From an uncultured Candidatus Saccharibacteria bacterium (lineage in GTDB: Bacteria; Patescibacteriota; Minisyncoccia; SW-4-49-11), in the NCBI GenBank assembly GCA_964633865.1, contig CAZWIJ010000002.1, forward strand, positions 64,628 through 128,627: a stretch of DNA of 64,000 nucleotides, written 5' to 3'. Position numbers and translations under genes: made by a program. This document shows positions 18,318-29,015 of this stretch, one piece after another; the first letter of the stretch is position 1, and each line of letters opens with the position of its first letter. The notes below the pieces were generated by a model that worked only from the letters and a program-made list of their open reading frames with translations, did no database searches and was not told where the DNA came from.

Positions 18318-19541
18318 ATGAATTTACCAAAAGGTTGTATTGAATATAATCCTCAATTCCAAAATATTATTGATAAAGTAGTATCCAAAGTAAGTAATTT
18401 ATACACATCTTATGGATTTCGACATTTAGATACAAGTATTATACAATATTTAGAAACATTAAACACAACCGGAGAAATAAGTAAAGAAATATATTCTCTT
18501 GCTCGTGCCAAAGATGATAAAGATTCATCCAAGACTGATTATGCCCTTCGCTTTGATCTCACCAAACCACTTGCTCGCTATGTAGAAGAAAATAAATTTG
18601 ATCTTAATTTTCCTTTTAAAAGATGGGATTATGGCCAAGTATTTCGTGGTGAGAGACCCCAAAAAGGAAGATATAGGCAGTTTTATCAATGTGATTTTGA
18701 TATAATCGGAAAAGAAAGTTTATCCCTGTATTATGATTATGAAGTATGTAGCATTGTTTGTAATATAATGTCAAAATTAGGGATAGAAGATTTTACTCTA
18801 AAAATTAATAATCGCAAATTCCTGAATGATATCCTAAATTTATTATTAGTACAAAAAGATACTCATAAGTCTATTATGAATTTATTAGATAAATTCTATA
18901 AGTTAGAAATGTCTGTTTTTCAAAAAGAGTTAGAAATATTAACTTCAAAAGAAATATCTGATAAAATTATCTTTATTCTAAATGAGAGTCAAGAAATACA
19001 TTTATCTGAAATTAAGTCATTATTCCAAAAAATTAATCTTGATATAAGCCAATCAGAAGGATATTTAGAATTAAAGTCTATTCTTGAATTTGTAACTGAA
19101 AAAGAATTATCCAAGATTAAGTTTGATTTATCTATTGTAAGAGGCTTAGATTATTATACAGGCTTTGTATTTGAGACATATCTAGATAAAGAACCCAAAC
19201 TAGGTAGTGTTTTTTCAGGTGGAAGATATGAGAATTTAATAGAATCCGAAGACACAAAATATCCGGGAGTTGGTGGAAGTATAGGAATATCTAGATTAGC
19301 TAGTTATTTAGAAAGTAATTATAGTGAAAAAACTAATGTAAGACAAGGATTTTTAATAAATATTAATACTAGTAATAAATCTCTTTTAGATAAAATACAT
19401 ACTTTAAGAAAATCTGGAGAAATAGTTTCAGTTGTAGATTTACCTTTCAAAAAAGCACTAAAAATAGCTCTCAAAGAAAATTTTAACACTTTAGTCTATC
19501 TAAATGATCAAGATATTATTATTGAAAAAAAGATTACTTAA
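18318..19541 (+). CDS. hisS: Histidine--tRNA ligase
   Basis: LRFDLT, FRGERPQKGRYRQF.QCD, RGLDYYTG, GGRY. Confidence 0.95.
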   Translation: MNLPKGCIEYNPQFQNIIDKVVSKVSNLYTSYGFRHLDTSIIQYLETLNTTGEISKEIYSLARAKDDKDSSKTDYALRFDLTKPLARYVEENKFDLNFPFKRWDYGQVFRGERPQKGRYRQFYQCDFDIIGKESLSLYYDYEVCSIVCNIMSKLGIEDFTLKINNRKFLNDILNLLLVQKDTHKSIMNLLDKFYKLEMSVFQKELEILTSKEISDKIIFILNESQEIHLSEIKSLFQKINLDISQSEGYLELKSILEFVTEKELSKIKFDLSIVRGLDYYTGFVFETYLDKEPKLGSVFSGGRYENLIESEDTKYPGVGGSIGISRLASYLESNYSEKTNVRQGFLININTSNKSLLDKIHTLRKSGEIVSVVDLPFKKALKIALKENFNTLVYLNDQDIIIEKKIT

Positions 19542-19553
19542 CCATAAAAATGT

Positions 19554-19709
19554 ATGCAAAAAGAATTATTAGAAAAATATAAAAATGAGCTGTCAAACTT
19601 AGAAAAAGAAAAGGAACAAATTTTAGATGAATATTATTTAAAATTAAAAGAGTTTCAGATTAAGAAAATAAAAGACACCTTAAATAAATTAGAAAACAAT
19701 GAACAATAA
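19554..19709 (+). CDS. Small coiled-coil protein, 51 aa (missing from the ORF track)
   Basis: MQKELLEKYKNELSNLEKEKEQILDEYYLKLKEFQIKKIKDTLNKLENNEQ; fills the hisS-19699 gap and overlaps the next start. Confidence 0.65.
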   Translation: MQKELLEKYKNELSNLEKEKEQILDEYYLKLKEFQIKKIKDTLNKLENNEQ

Positions 19710-21093
19710 TAACGATATTTTAAACAAAGACAATATAGAATTTGGATCCAAATTAGAAGGCGGGGAAAGCATAGAATCCCCAAAATCTGAATCTGAAAGT
19801 ATAGAAGAAGTCTATAGTGAATTCAAATTTGAACCCAAACAAGAAATTGCTAGAATAGAAAAAAGATTTGATGGCTTCCAAGATAAATTAACTGAATCTG
19901 AAATATCTAATATCAGTAATGATCTTAGCATAAATCAGAAATTAGAAAATATCTCTAACAAAATGGATTCACAGAAAAAATCTATTTTAGAAATTTCTAA
20001 AAATAACACTTCAGAAGAACAGGATAAATCTAATGGGTCTATTTTAAACGAAAACAGTCTGTCCATAAAGGAGAATGTGCATAATGAACAATCTAATACT
20101 GATGAAAATTTAAAAAATTCTAATTTAGAAAATAACTCTTTGGAAGAAAATATAATAAATCCTTTATCTGAGAATAACCCAGACACAATAAATACTAATC
20201 CTCAAGAGAATGAACAAAAAGATAAAGATATTCTGATAAAAGGAATTACTGATACAACCTCTTACTTGAATACTCAATACACACAATCCATAGATACTTT
20301 AAAATCTCTTACTACATTAGAAAGTCCAGTTCAAGATAAATTATTTGAATTTTTAATACAAAGTGAACTGCAATCTAAAATAAATTCACAATTAGAAATA
20401 AATCAAAAAAATTTGAACAATGAAAGCTTAATGAATTTAGATATTACTCAATTAAATCAAATTAGCCAAAGTTTAGAGAATATTAAAAGTAATAATTTAG
20501 ACTTGTTCCAAAAAATTGATTCTCTTACCAATATTACTGAAGATAATTTTGATACAATAACACAAGGGATACAAAATTCACTAAATAAATTTGATTTAGA
20601 TTCATATAACTTAAAAAAAGAAATCAATCTTAATAAGTCAGTTAGCTCTCCAGATATGCAAAGCAGTGAAAACTACTTAGATCAAAAAGCTGAAATTGAG
20701 TCAATTTTATCATCTAATATCAAAGAAATCAAAGATACCTATACAAGTTTAAAAACTACTATCAAAAATTCAGTTTCAAAGAATCCAGCATTGAAAGAAC
20801 AATTTAGAGAAATTTATCTTAAAGGAAATGCGCAAAAAAATATTATGTCTAGTATGGATTCAGTAAGTCTTATTGAAAATAGTCTAGAAAATCTAGATTT
20901 AAGCCAAATAAAAGAAATTAATCAAACTATAGTTGAACTAAAAGCTAAATTTAATCAGTTTTTAATAGCCAATAATGAACTTGTTCAAGAATCAACAGAA
21001 CAATCAAAATTTGATTCAAAAAGTGATTTCTTAATCCAAACTTCAGAAGAAATAAATCAATCTTTCAATCTATTAAAAGAAAAGATTAATTAG
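19699..21093 (+). CDS. Hypothetical low-complexity helical protein
   Basis: Long N/S/E/K-rich ORF. Confidence 0.7.
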   Translation: MNNNNDILNKDNIEFGSKLEGGESIESPKSESESIEEVYSEFKFEPKQEIARIEKRFDGFQDKLTESEISNISNDLSINQKLENISNKMDSQKKSILEISKNNTSEEQDKSNGSILNENSLSIKENVHNEQSNTDENLKNSNLENNSLEENIINPLSENNPDTINTNPQENEQKDKDILIKGITDTTSYLNTQYTQSIDTLKSLTTLESPVQDKLFEFLIQSELQSKINSQLEINQKNLNNESLMNLDITQLNQISQSLENIKSNNLDLFQKIDSLTNITEDNFDTITQGIQNSLNKFDLDSYNLKKEINLNKSVSSPDMQSSENYLDQKAEIESILSSNIKEIKDTYTSLKTTIKNSVSKNPALKEQFREIYLKGNAQKNIMSSMDSVSLIENSLENLDLSQIKEINQTIVELKAKFNQFLIANNELVQESTEQSKFDSKSDFLIQTSEEINQSFNLLKEKIN

Positions 21094-21099
21094 CTTTTA

Positions 21100-22128
21100 A
21101 TGAATAAATTTTTAATTATTATTACTATAATAACATTATTAATAATTGATCCTCTTGTTCTTTATATTTATAATTTTGCTTATAATGATACTTTGGGGGA
21201 CTCTACTTTATCAAAAGTAAATATAGAAGAACCATCTAAAGAATTCCCTAATATTCCTTTATCACTTAGAACTGATTTTAAAACCGATTGGTCAAAAATT
21301 AACCCCAAAATTGAAAAATCCATCTCTGGTGGCCCCACTAAAGATGGGATTCCTGCTATAGACAATCCTAATTTTGAACCATTAAAAAATTCAAAATTAG
21401 AAGACAATATAAAAGCCATTGTCTTAAATGACAAAGGAATTAGAAAAGTATATCCTTACAATATTTTAGTATGGCACGAAATTATAAATGACACTATAAA
21501 CGAAATACCTGTTAGTATAACATTTAGTCCTCTGTCTGGCAGTGCAATTGCATTTAATAGGACTATAGATAATAAGACTTTAACATTGGGAGTGAGTGGA
21601 CATCTTCTTGAGGGGAATATGATTATGTATGACAAAGAAACTGAATCTCTGTGGCAACAAAGTACAGGTAAAGCTCTAGCTGGTGAATATTTAGATAAAG
21701 AATTAAAATTATTTCCGCTTCAAGTAATGAATATTGGAGAGATCAAAAAAACTTATCCTAAATCTATAGTTCTCACTGAAAATACTGGCTTTGAGAGAGA
21801 TTACAAGAATAATCCTTACTTTGGATACAATGAGAGTGAAGACTTTAGATTTAACCCTTCTATAGTAAATAGACTTTATCCTCAAAAAGAAATCTTTGTG
21901 GTATTTAAAATTAATGAAAAAGTTGTTGGGATACCTTGGTTAGAGTTAAAAGAAAATATATCTTATGATAAAATTATAGATAATAAAAATATTTTTATCA
22001 AAAAAAATCGTGGAGAATTAACACTTACCATTGATAAAAATGTACCCATCCCCTTTTACTTTGAAATGTGGTTTAGCCTTTATGCTCAGAATCAGGATAA
22101 TATAATTATCCTGAACCCCAAAGAATAA
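21100..22128 (+). CDS. DUF3179-family protein
   Basis: SGGPTKDGIPAIDNP, YP..IL.WHEIIND, GVSG.L...N..MYD.ETESLW.Q. Confidence 0.85.
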   Translation: MNKFLIIITIITLLIIDPLVLYIYNFAYNDTLGDSTLSKVNIEEPSKEFPNIPLSLRTDFKTDWSKINPKIEKSISGGPTKDGIPAIDNPNFEPLKNSKLEDNIKAIVLNDKGIRKVYPYNILVWHEIINDTINEIPVSITFSPLSGSAIAFNRTIDNKTLTLGVSGHLLEGNMIMYDKETESLWQQSTGKALAGEYLDKELKLFPLQVMNIGEIKKTYPKSIVLTENTGFERDYKNNPYFGYNESEDFRFNPSIVNRLYPQKEIFVVFKINEKVVGIPWLELKENISYDKIIDNKNIFIKKNRGELTLTIDKNVPIPFYFEMWFSLYAQNQDNIIILNPKE

Positions 22129-22238
22129 AATCAATATATTACAAGATTATATTGATATAATTACTTAAAATTATATTGACTAAATTCTATATATAATATA
22201 CAATATATATGCTATCATATAAATTAATTATGATAAAT

Positions 22239-22310
22239 TCCGTGATAGCTCAGCGGTAGAGCAGTCGGCTGTTAACCGATTGGTCGTAGGTTCGAATCCT
22301 ACTCGCGGAG
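22239..22310 (+). tRNA. tRNA-Asn (GTT)
   Basis: Cloverleaf: acceptor TCCGTGA/TCGCGGA, D-arm AGCTCAGCGGTAGAGC, anticodon loop CTGTTAA, T-loop GTTCGAATC; CCA not encoded. Confidence 0.97.
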
Positions 22311-22509
22311 CAACTTAGGAAAGGAGGTGTAAAAAACCTCTTTTTTGTTTTCACATATTGGGATAAACTTTATTGAAAAAACAATATATTGATTTAGCCA
22401 ATAAAGATTTTCGTATCGAATTAATTCAGCAGTGAGAGAGGGGTGAGTATACTTGTTAATATTGAAATTCTTTTATATAATTTTAGTATATAAATAATTT
22501 ACAACTATT

Positions 22510-22908
22510 ATGGATATTGGTTTGATTGTACATTGTCTAGTGACTAGAAAAGCAGGAAAAGAGATTCTTATATTAAAGCGAAGTTTAAATGAAGATTATC
22601 TCCCAGGCATTTGGGATGTTCCAGGTGGCACATTAGAGTGGGGGGAAGACCCCTTTGAGGGTGTTGCAAGAGAGACGAAAGAAGAGGCTGGACTCCTTAT
22701 TTCAGATGCTAAGTTATTAGATTACTATTCTAATGTTGATTCTGGAAAACAGAAGCACTTTGTAACGCTTATCTTCGTTACTGAATATGATGGAGATAAA
22801 TTACCAACACTCAGTGAAGATCATTCTGAATATGCATGGATAACAAAAGAAGAAGCGAAGGATTATGATTTATTACACTACCTTCCTTCATTCATCGATC
22901 AACTTTAA
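22510..22908 (+). CDS. Nudix hydrolase (MutT-like)
   Basis: PGG.LEWGE....VARETKEEAGL; LSEDH. Confidence 0.85.
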   Translation: MDIGLIVHCLVTRKAGKEILILKRSLNEDYLPGIWDVPGGTLEWGEDPFEGVARETKEEAGLLISDAKLLDYYSNVDSGKQKHFVTLIFVTEYDGDKLPTLSEDHSEYAWITKEEAKDYDLLHYLPSFIDQL

Positions 22909-22921
22909 ATTTGAGAAGAAC

Positions 22922-23497
22922 GTGCCAATATTACTAACATCAATAGGTTTATCCTCAAAGCTTTCACAAGACAAGTTTAAGGATATCTCTAAACACCTAT
23001 TAAACAAACATGTATCTATTGTAACGACTGCAGTTGATGGTAAGGAGCAAAATAAATATGCTAAAGTAGCATTAAATCAATTGAAAGACATAGGATTTAA
23101 TAAAATTGAGTTTGTTGATTTAGAATCTGAACCTTATTATGATTTTTCTTCTACAGGAATCCTGTATATTATGGGAGGAAATACATTTAAGTTAATGTAT
23201 TATGTTTCAAGATCTAATTTTAAAGATTCAATAAATAATTTAATGGAGAGAGAAGGAATATATATAGGAGTTAGTGCTGGGAGTATTATTTTGGGATCAA
23301 CTATTTTAACTGCTTCCGAAATATTAGAAGATGAAAATGACATATTTTTAGATAAATATGAAGGATTAGGTATTTTACCATTTGCGATTGTACCACATTA
23401 CAATACATCTCTAGAAGAGAAAGTTAATTTATTTGAAAGGCATCATAAGGTTAATGTTAAAAAAATATCTGATGATGAGTATATTATTATAAATTAA
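22922..23497 (+). CDS. Peptidase E / S51 family (probable GTG start at 22922)
   Basis: LLTS.G, GGNTF.L, G.SAG nucleophile motif, PHY. Confidence 0.85.
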   Translation: MPILLTSIGLSSKLSQDKFKDISKHLLNKHVSIVTTAVDGKEQNKYAKVALNQLKDIGFNKIEFVDLESEPYYDFSSTGILYIMGGNTFKLMYYVSRSNFKDSINNLMEREGIYIGVSAGSIILGSTILTASEILEDENDIFLDKYEGLGILPFAIVPHYNTSLEEKVNLFERHHKVNVKKISDDEYIIIN

Positions 23498-23598
23498 AAA
23501 GTATAGAAAACCAGTATTCCCAATTCCTTAATGTATTTTTTATAATCTAGGTTGTAATTATCTCCAAATTGACCAAATCTTCTACTACAACTGAGTCA

Positions 23599-24180
23599 TT
23601 ATTTAGTAAATTCAAAGCTCTTATAAATTTTTTCAAAGGTTTGTAAATATTCAGTTAGATCTTGTTTCGATTTTTCACTTTCAAGAGATACAAGAGGGAA
23701 TGACTTAATAACAACTATTTGTTCATTATTTTTATATATTATATATCTAGTCTCAGAAGTGTATACACTTTCTTTTTTAACAATAACCACTTCTCCAACT
23801 AAATCATTATTTGAAGTTACTTGATTTCTTTCTATATTTAAGTTATCAAAATTTTTTTCTAATTTTTGATATTCATCTTCTGTTAATACATTAAGATAGA
23901 AACTACCTTGCCCTTCAGAAAGCATTAGTCCTAATTTAGATTCTTCTGAATTAACTCTTTGATTTAGATACTCTTCTAACTTTAAATCTTTAGGATATTG
24001 TATTTTAAATCCAAATTCTTCATTTTGATAAGTCTCCCAACCTGTAATTTCATCCACGAATGGATTTTGAATCACATTTTTCAATACTGATGATTCATTA
24101 TCAGTATTTTGTAACTTTAAAAAATAGTAACCTCCTCCGATTAATGCCAAAATTAACAATGGTATTAAAAAAATTTTCAT
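23599..24180 (-). CDS. Membrane-anchored PsbP-like hypothetical protein
   Basis: N-terminal TM, WETY.N...GF.I.YP and C-terminal F.KI..SF.F. Confidence 0.65.
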   Translation of the reverse strand: MKIFLIPLLILALIGGGYYFLKLQNTDNESSVLKNVIQNPFVDEITGWETYQNEEFGFKIQYPKDLKLEEYLNQRVNSEESKLGLMLSEGQGSFYLNVLTEDEYQKLEKNFDNLNIERNQVTSNNDLVGEVVIVKKESVYTSETRYIIYKNNEQIVVIKSFPLVSLESEKSKQDLTEYLQTFEKIYKSFEFTK

Positions 24181-24336
24181 ATGTATTCTTTATCTTATAA
24201 TACCTTATATTATAGCACAGAGAAAAATATTTTTAAACAAAGAAATAAACCAACTATTAATATTAATGTGTCCTACTCTAAGCTAAAGAACATAGAAATC
24301 CAATATTCCATACTCCTTAGTATATTTTTTTATAAT

Positions 24337-24924
24337 CTAAGTTGTAATTATCTCCACATTTACCAAATCTTCTACTACAGCTGAGTCATTATTTAGTGAA
24401 AGCTTTATAATAGCTCCATTTCCCAAAGATTCAACCGTTGTATGCTTAATTATTTCACGAAAGATACATCTAATCGGTCCTCCATGAGTTATTACCGCAA
24501 TTTCATTATAAGGTGATGTGGTTAATTCTTGAAAAGATTTTAGAACTCTATCTCTAAAATCCCAATATGTCTCAGCTCCATCATATGCAGTATCTTTATT
24601 TACCAAGACTTCTCCTAATCTCCTGTATTCTTCTTCAGGTTGATCTTTCCCTAGTTCTAAGAAAGCCCCATAGATATCTTGTTCTGCAAGATCTTCTAGG
24701 ATATGGACTGGAACATCATATTTACTTTGAATTATCTTTGAAGTTTCTTGTGCCCTTATTTTAGGACTTGTATAGATAGCATCAATATTTTTTAACAAAG
24801 TATTATTAGCTACTTCTTGTGCTTGTTGTAATCCCATAACTGTTAAATTATCATCATAATCTCCATCATATTTTTGTTTGATGTCTGACTCACTTTCTCC
24901 ATGACGAATTAAATATATATTCAT
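24337..24924 (-). CDS. Histidine phosphatase (phosphoglycerate mutase family)
   Basis: RHGES, SP..RA.ET, THGG. Confidence 0.9.
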   Translation of the reverse strand: MNIYLIRHGESESDIKQKYDGDYDDNLTVMGLQQAQEVANNTLLKNIDAIYTSPKIRAQETSKIIQSKYDVPVHILEDLAEQDIYGAFLELGKDQPEEEYRRLGEVLVNKDTAYDGAETYWDFRDRVLKSFQELTTSPYNEIAVITHGGPIRCIFREIIKHTTVESLGNGAIIKLSLNNDSAVVEDLVNVEIITT

Positions 24925-25049
24925 TTTATATTATTTTAATTAATAAATTATCTTTATTATATCACTGATTTCATAAATATCAAATCAGTTGGAATCCTTT
25001 GATTTGATATGTTATAATATATTCATATTAATTAAATAGATATAAAATT

Positions 25050-25568
25050 ATGTGGTTTACTATATTATTCTTTATTGCAATTATTGTAATTTGGTTTATA
25101 TTAGAAATATTAGGGAAAAAATCCAAAGAGAATGACTCTTCTAAACCTGTTTCCGAACCAGTAAATCCCCCCTTAAACCAAACTTCCTTGGATTTTAGTC
25201 CTTATAAAGCTAGAGTTATTTTTTTTAACTCATCCGAAAGAACTCTTTATGATATCTTAATAGAACACTTAGCAAATAAATATATAATATTATCCAAGGT
25301 TAGACTTGAAGATATTATTGAATCTACAAACACGTCCTATACCTATAGAAATCGTATTAAATCCAGCCATATTGACTTTGTTTTATTAGACAAGCATACT
25401 GGCAAAGTTGTCTGTGCAATTGAATTAGATGGCACATCTCATAACAATATCGAGACTCAAAAGAAAGACGATTTTAAAAATAATTTATTTCAACATGTTG
25501 GAATTACTCTTCACAGAATTAAAGTAGGAACATCTTTTGTTGATGACATTATATCCTTGCAATTATAG
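25050..25568 (+). CDS. DUF2726 protein with N-terminal TM
   Basis: KVRLEDII, HIDFVL, AIELDG.SH, RIK. Confidence 0.85.
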   Translation: MWFTILFFIAIIVIWFILEILGKKSKENDSSKPVSEPVNPPLNQTSLDFSPYKARVIFFNSSERTLYDILIEHLANKYIILSKVRLEDIIESTNTSYTYRNRIKSSHIDFVLLDKHTGKVVCAIELDGTSHNNIETQKKDDFKNNLFQHVGITLHRIKVGTSFVDDIISLQL

Positions 25569-25683
25569 TTTACTTTTAATCTTATTATCAAATATATTCT
25601 TTATAATTTAAAAAAATCATATTAAAGATATATATAACTTATTCTCTAAAAAAAAGATATAGACTGTAATAAATTAATAATAT

Positions 25684-26262
25684 CTATCTAAACTGTTTGG
25701 GTTTTTGATTTTGATCAGCAAGATCCACAATCTCATGAATTCTTTTTTGTCTAGTTTCCATTTTTTTACTAAGAATAAGCCACTGCAATATATTTCGTTT
25801 ATCTGATCTACTTAAACTCAAAAAATATTTTTTTGCTTTTGGATTTTTTAGAAACTCATCTTCTAAATCTTTAGGAATAATCAAGGCTTCGGCTTCATCA
25901 AGAATATTCCAAGAACCATTTTCTTTAGCTTTGTCTATGACATCAAATCCTGATTGCCTCATTAAACCTTCCTCTATAAGCCGTTTCACCTTTTCTTTAT
26001 TGACCCTAGACCATACACTTTTTTCTCTTCTTTTACTAAAAAGTTGCTTAAATTTTTCTTCATCCAATGATTTTATTTTACTATCAATCCAGCCAAAACA
26101 AAGTGCTTCATCAACAGCTTCACTATAAGCTACTGTAGGTATTTTAGATTTTTTCTTATAATATACAAGCCAAACTGACTGTTTTTTATCATAATTTTTC
26201 TCCAACCATTCCCGCCATTCTTGTCTATTTTGGGGACAAAATATTTCTATATTATCATCCAT
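25684..26262 (-). CDS. YdeI/OmpD-associated family protein
   Basis: WREWLEKN, EALCFGWIDS, SVWS.VNK, ETR.KRI. Confidence 0.9.
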   Translation of the reverse strand: MDDNIEIFCPQNRQEWREWLEKNYDKKQSVWLVYYKKKSKIPTVAYSEAVDEALCFGWIDSKIKSLDEEKFKQLFSKRREKSVWSRVNKEKVKRLIEEGLMRQSGFDVIDKAKENGSWNILDEAEALIIPKDLEDEFLKNPKAKKYFLSLSRSDKRNILQWLILSKKMETRQKRIHEIVDLADQNQKPKQFR

Positions 26263-26332
26263 TTTTATTGAATATTATATTATAATTTAAATTTTTTATT
26301 AATAAGGTTAATAATCTTTCACTCACATAAAA

Positions 26333-27349
26333 TCACTCTACTATTTTAATCACAACATTACCGGTTTTTTGTCCTGACTCGACATATCTGTAAGCTTCAA
26401 TAATTTGATCAAAATTATATTTTCTGTCAATTACAGGTTTAAATTCCCTTTTTTCTACAAGTTCTTTTAAAAATAATACATCTTCTTTAGAAATGGTTGG
26501 TATTGGAAATAAAAGTTTTTTACCATCTCCAAAATGTGTAGTAAGTGCTAATAAGACATTAATTCCATTCTTGCCAAGTTCAGTTGAGATATAAATTCCT
26601 TTTTCAGTTAATAGAGGTTTACATTCTTCAAAAGAGCTTTTTCCCACGGCATCAAAAATAAATTCAAATTTAGTTTTAAGTTTTGTAAAATCTTGTGATT
26701 GATAATCAACAACTTTATCTGCTCCAAGATTTTTGACAAGTTCTAAATTTTTAGTATTACAAACTGCAGTAACTATTGTACCAAAATGTTTTAATAATTG
26801 AACCGCTGCTGAACCAATAGCTCCTGTTGATCCATAAACTAATACATTTTGTCCGGGTTTGACTTTGGCAGCTCTAATATCTGCTAGAGCATAATGTGAA
26901 CCTTCCGTAATAGCAGCAGCCTCATCAAAATTAATTCCTTCTGGTATGGTTGTAACTGCATCCATCTCGGAAATAGTCAAGTATTCTCCATGCCCTCCAA
27001 AAGAGATATCATTAAATCCAAATACCCTATCCCCTTTTTTGAATGTTGTTACATTTTCTCCAGTATCAACAACAACACCAGAAAATTCAGATCCTAAAAT
27101 TTGACATTTTGGACTTAACAATCCTGTCCAAAAACGAGATATAAAATATTCAGCACTACGAAGTCCCGAATCAGTTCTATTAACTGTAGTTGAATAAACT
27201 CTAATTAATAATTCATCAGACTTTGGAATTGGTTTTGGAACTTCTTTTAACTTTACTACTTCTGGTGGACCATATTTTGTGTGTACAGCTGCTTTCATAT
27301 TGTGAATTTTAGTTAAATTAAAATTATTCAAATACTTTATAATATTCAT
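26333..27349 (-). CDS. NAD(P)-dependent MDR-family oxidoreductase
   Basis: MKAAV...YGPPEV, G.EFSG, GSTGAIGSAAVQ, GNVVI; true start probably the internal MKAAV. Confidence 0.85.
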   Translation of the reverse strand: MNIIKYLNNFNLTKIHNMKAAVHTKYGPPEVVKLKEVPKPIPKSDELLIRVYSTTVNRTDSGLRSAEYFISRFWTGLLSPKCQILGSEFSGVVVDTGENVTTFKKGDRVFGFNDISFGGHGEYLTISEMDAVTTIPEGINFDEAAAITEGSHYALADIRAAKVKPGQNVLVYGSTGAIGSAAVQLLKHFGTIVTAVCNTKNLELVKNLGADKVVDYQSQDFTKLKTKFEFIFDAVGKSSFEECKPLLTEKGIYISTELGKNGINVLLALTTHFGDGKKLLFPIPTISKEDVLFLKELVEKREFKPVIDRKYNFDQIIEAYRYVESGQKTGNVVIKIVE

Positions 27350-27469
27350 TATATATTATTTAATTAAAATATAATAGTAAAATAATTTATTAATTAATTT
27401 ATATTTACATTTTAAATGTAAAATGTTATTATCTTCATATATAAAATAATTTTTAACCTCATATACTAT

Positions 27470-28090
27470 ATGAACAAACAAAGATTAGAAGCTCTAGCAG
27501 AAGGTATTTTTGCTATTGTAATGACATTACTTGTAATAGAGATTAGAGTTCCTGAAATTCATCATATTGTTACTAACAAAGAACTTTCTGAAGCAGTTTT
27601 TGAATTAACACCTTTATTTTTGAGTTATATTTTAAGCTTTTTTGTACTGTCAACCTTTTGGAGAGCTCATTTGTATATGGTATCTTATATAACAAAATCA
27701 ATTGACAATCATGTTTTAAATATAAATATTTTATTTTTTATGTTAATTGGCCTAATTCCCTTTTCATCTCATCTATTGGGGAGCTATCCAAACAGTCAGT
27801 TTGCTATAATTTGGTATGGGGTAAATATTTCTTTAATTAGTTTAACTCTATATGGACTCAGAACATATCTCAAATTAACAAAAAGATTTGACCCAGAAAA
27901 ATTTTATACCAAAGATAGAAAATACTCCAGAATTCGTTTATTAATGCCTTTAATTGCAACTTTATTAGTGATTCCAATCTCATTTTGGAATACAAATTTT
28001 GCTATATTCATTTATACATTTGTTGTAGTATTTAACTTTTTTCCTGGTGGGATCTATTTTATTGAAAATATCCTTGGCTTGAAAAAATAA
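27470..28090 (+). CDS. TMEM175-family K+ channel
   Basis: RLEA...GIFAIVMTLLV, SY.LSF, W..H, LIPF. Confidence 0.8.
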   Translation: MNKQRLEALAEGIFAIVMTLLVIEIRVPEIHHIVTNKELSEAVFELTPLFLSYILSFFVLSTFWRAHLYMVSYITKSIDNHVLNINILFFMLIGLIPFSSHLLGSYPNSQFAIIWYGVNISLISLTLYGLRTYLKLTKRFDPEKFYTKDRKYSRIRLLMPLIATLLVIPISFWNTNFAIFIYTFVVVFNFFPGGIYFIENILGLKK

Positions 28091-28097
28091 ATTTCTC

Positions 28098-29015
28098 TTA
28101 TTCTAATGTTTCTTTCACTTTATTCAATAAACTTTGCATTACATTTTTATCTAATTTAGAGAAAGCAAATAATTTTTTCCCTAAATCTTTTAGTGAAGCT
28201 CCTAGATGATAAATTTCTTGTTCATCTATTATAAGGAATCTATCATGATTTTTACTAAACTTTTTAATTATAAAATTTCCATATTGTTCATTCGCTTTTT
28301 GTATATATAATTTTAATTGCTGACTAATTGAATGTGTTAATAGAATTACTTTAACTTTTTTCTGTTTTTTTGCTAAATGAATTAATGTTGTTTCATCTAT
28401 ATAATTATCTATTAAAATTATACTTTCCTTAGCTGTACGAATTATTTTTGAAGACAATGCATATGCATCGAATACTTGCCCATCAAAAAATACTCCTTGA
28501 GTGGGAATAGAATTACCTTCTAGAGCTTTAAATATCTGCTCAAACTTTTGATCAGCTAATATCTGTCTGCTTTCTATTTTGTCTAACCGACTATACAATA
28601 CAATATTATCGTGAATCAACTTTCTCATAAATACAAATGCCCTCATGATTTCTACATGAACTTGTGAGGCAATTTTACTCTTCAGAACTCCTGACAATCC
28701 TGCAACTCCTTGTTCAGTAAATACAAAAGGTAAATATTTACGGTGTTTTCCTCTACCATCTTCTAAGATCACATTTTGTGACCTTAAATCTGATAACTCA
28801 TTTTTTAGATTTAAATTTTCCCATTCTGATTGAGTTAATTGAAACATAAAGTCTTCAGGAAATCTATCTTTATTTCTTTTTACTGCTTGATTTAATATTC
28901 TTGTTTCAACTTGATAAATCAAAGCTAGGTCACTATCCAGCATTACTTGAAAACCTCTAACACTAAAAATCTTGTTTTTAATCTGTCTTTGGGATATAGA
29001 TAATTCTTTACTCAT
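28098..29015 (-). CDS. ORF6N DNA-binding domain protein with C-terminal PLD-like domain
   Basis: RG.QVMLD.DLA..Y, NQAVKRN..RFPEDFMFQL, FTEQGVA; HDRFLIID...GASLKDLG. Confidence 0.85.
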   Translation of the reverse strand: MSKELSISQRQIKNKIFSVRGFQVMLDSDLALIYQVETRILNQAVKRNKDRFPEDFMFQLTQSEWENLNLKNELSDLRSQNVILEDGRGKHRKYLPFVFTEQGVAGLSGVLKSKIASQVHVEIMRAFVFMRKLIHDNIVLYSRLDKIESRQILADQKFEQIFKALEGNSIPTQGVFFDGQVFDAYALSSKIIRTAKESIILIDNYIDETTLIHLAKKQKKVKVILLTHSISQQLKLYIQKANEQYGNFIIKKFSKNHDRFLIIDEQEIYHLGASLKDLGKKLFAFSKLDKNVMQSLLNKVKETLE

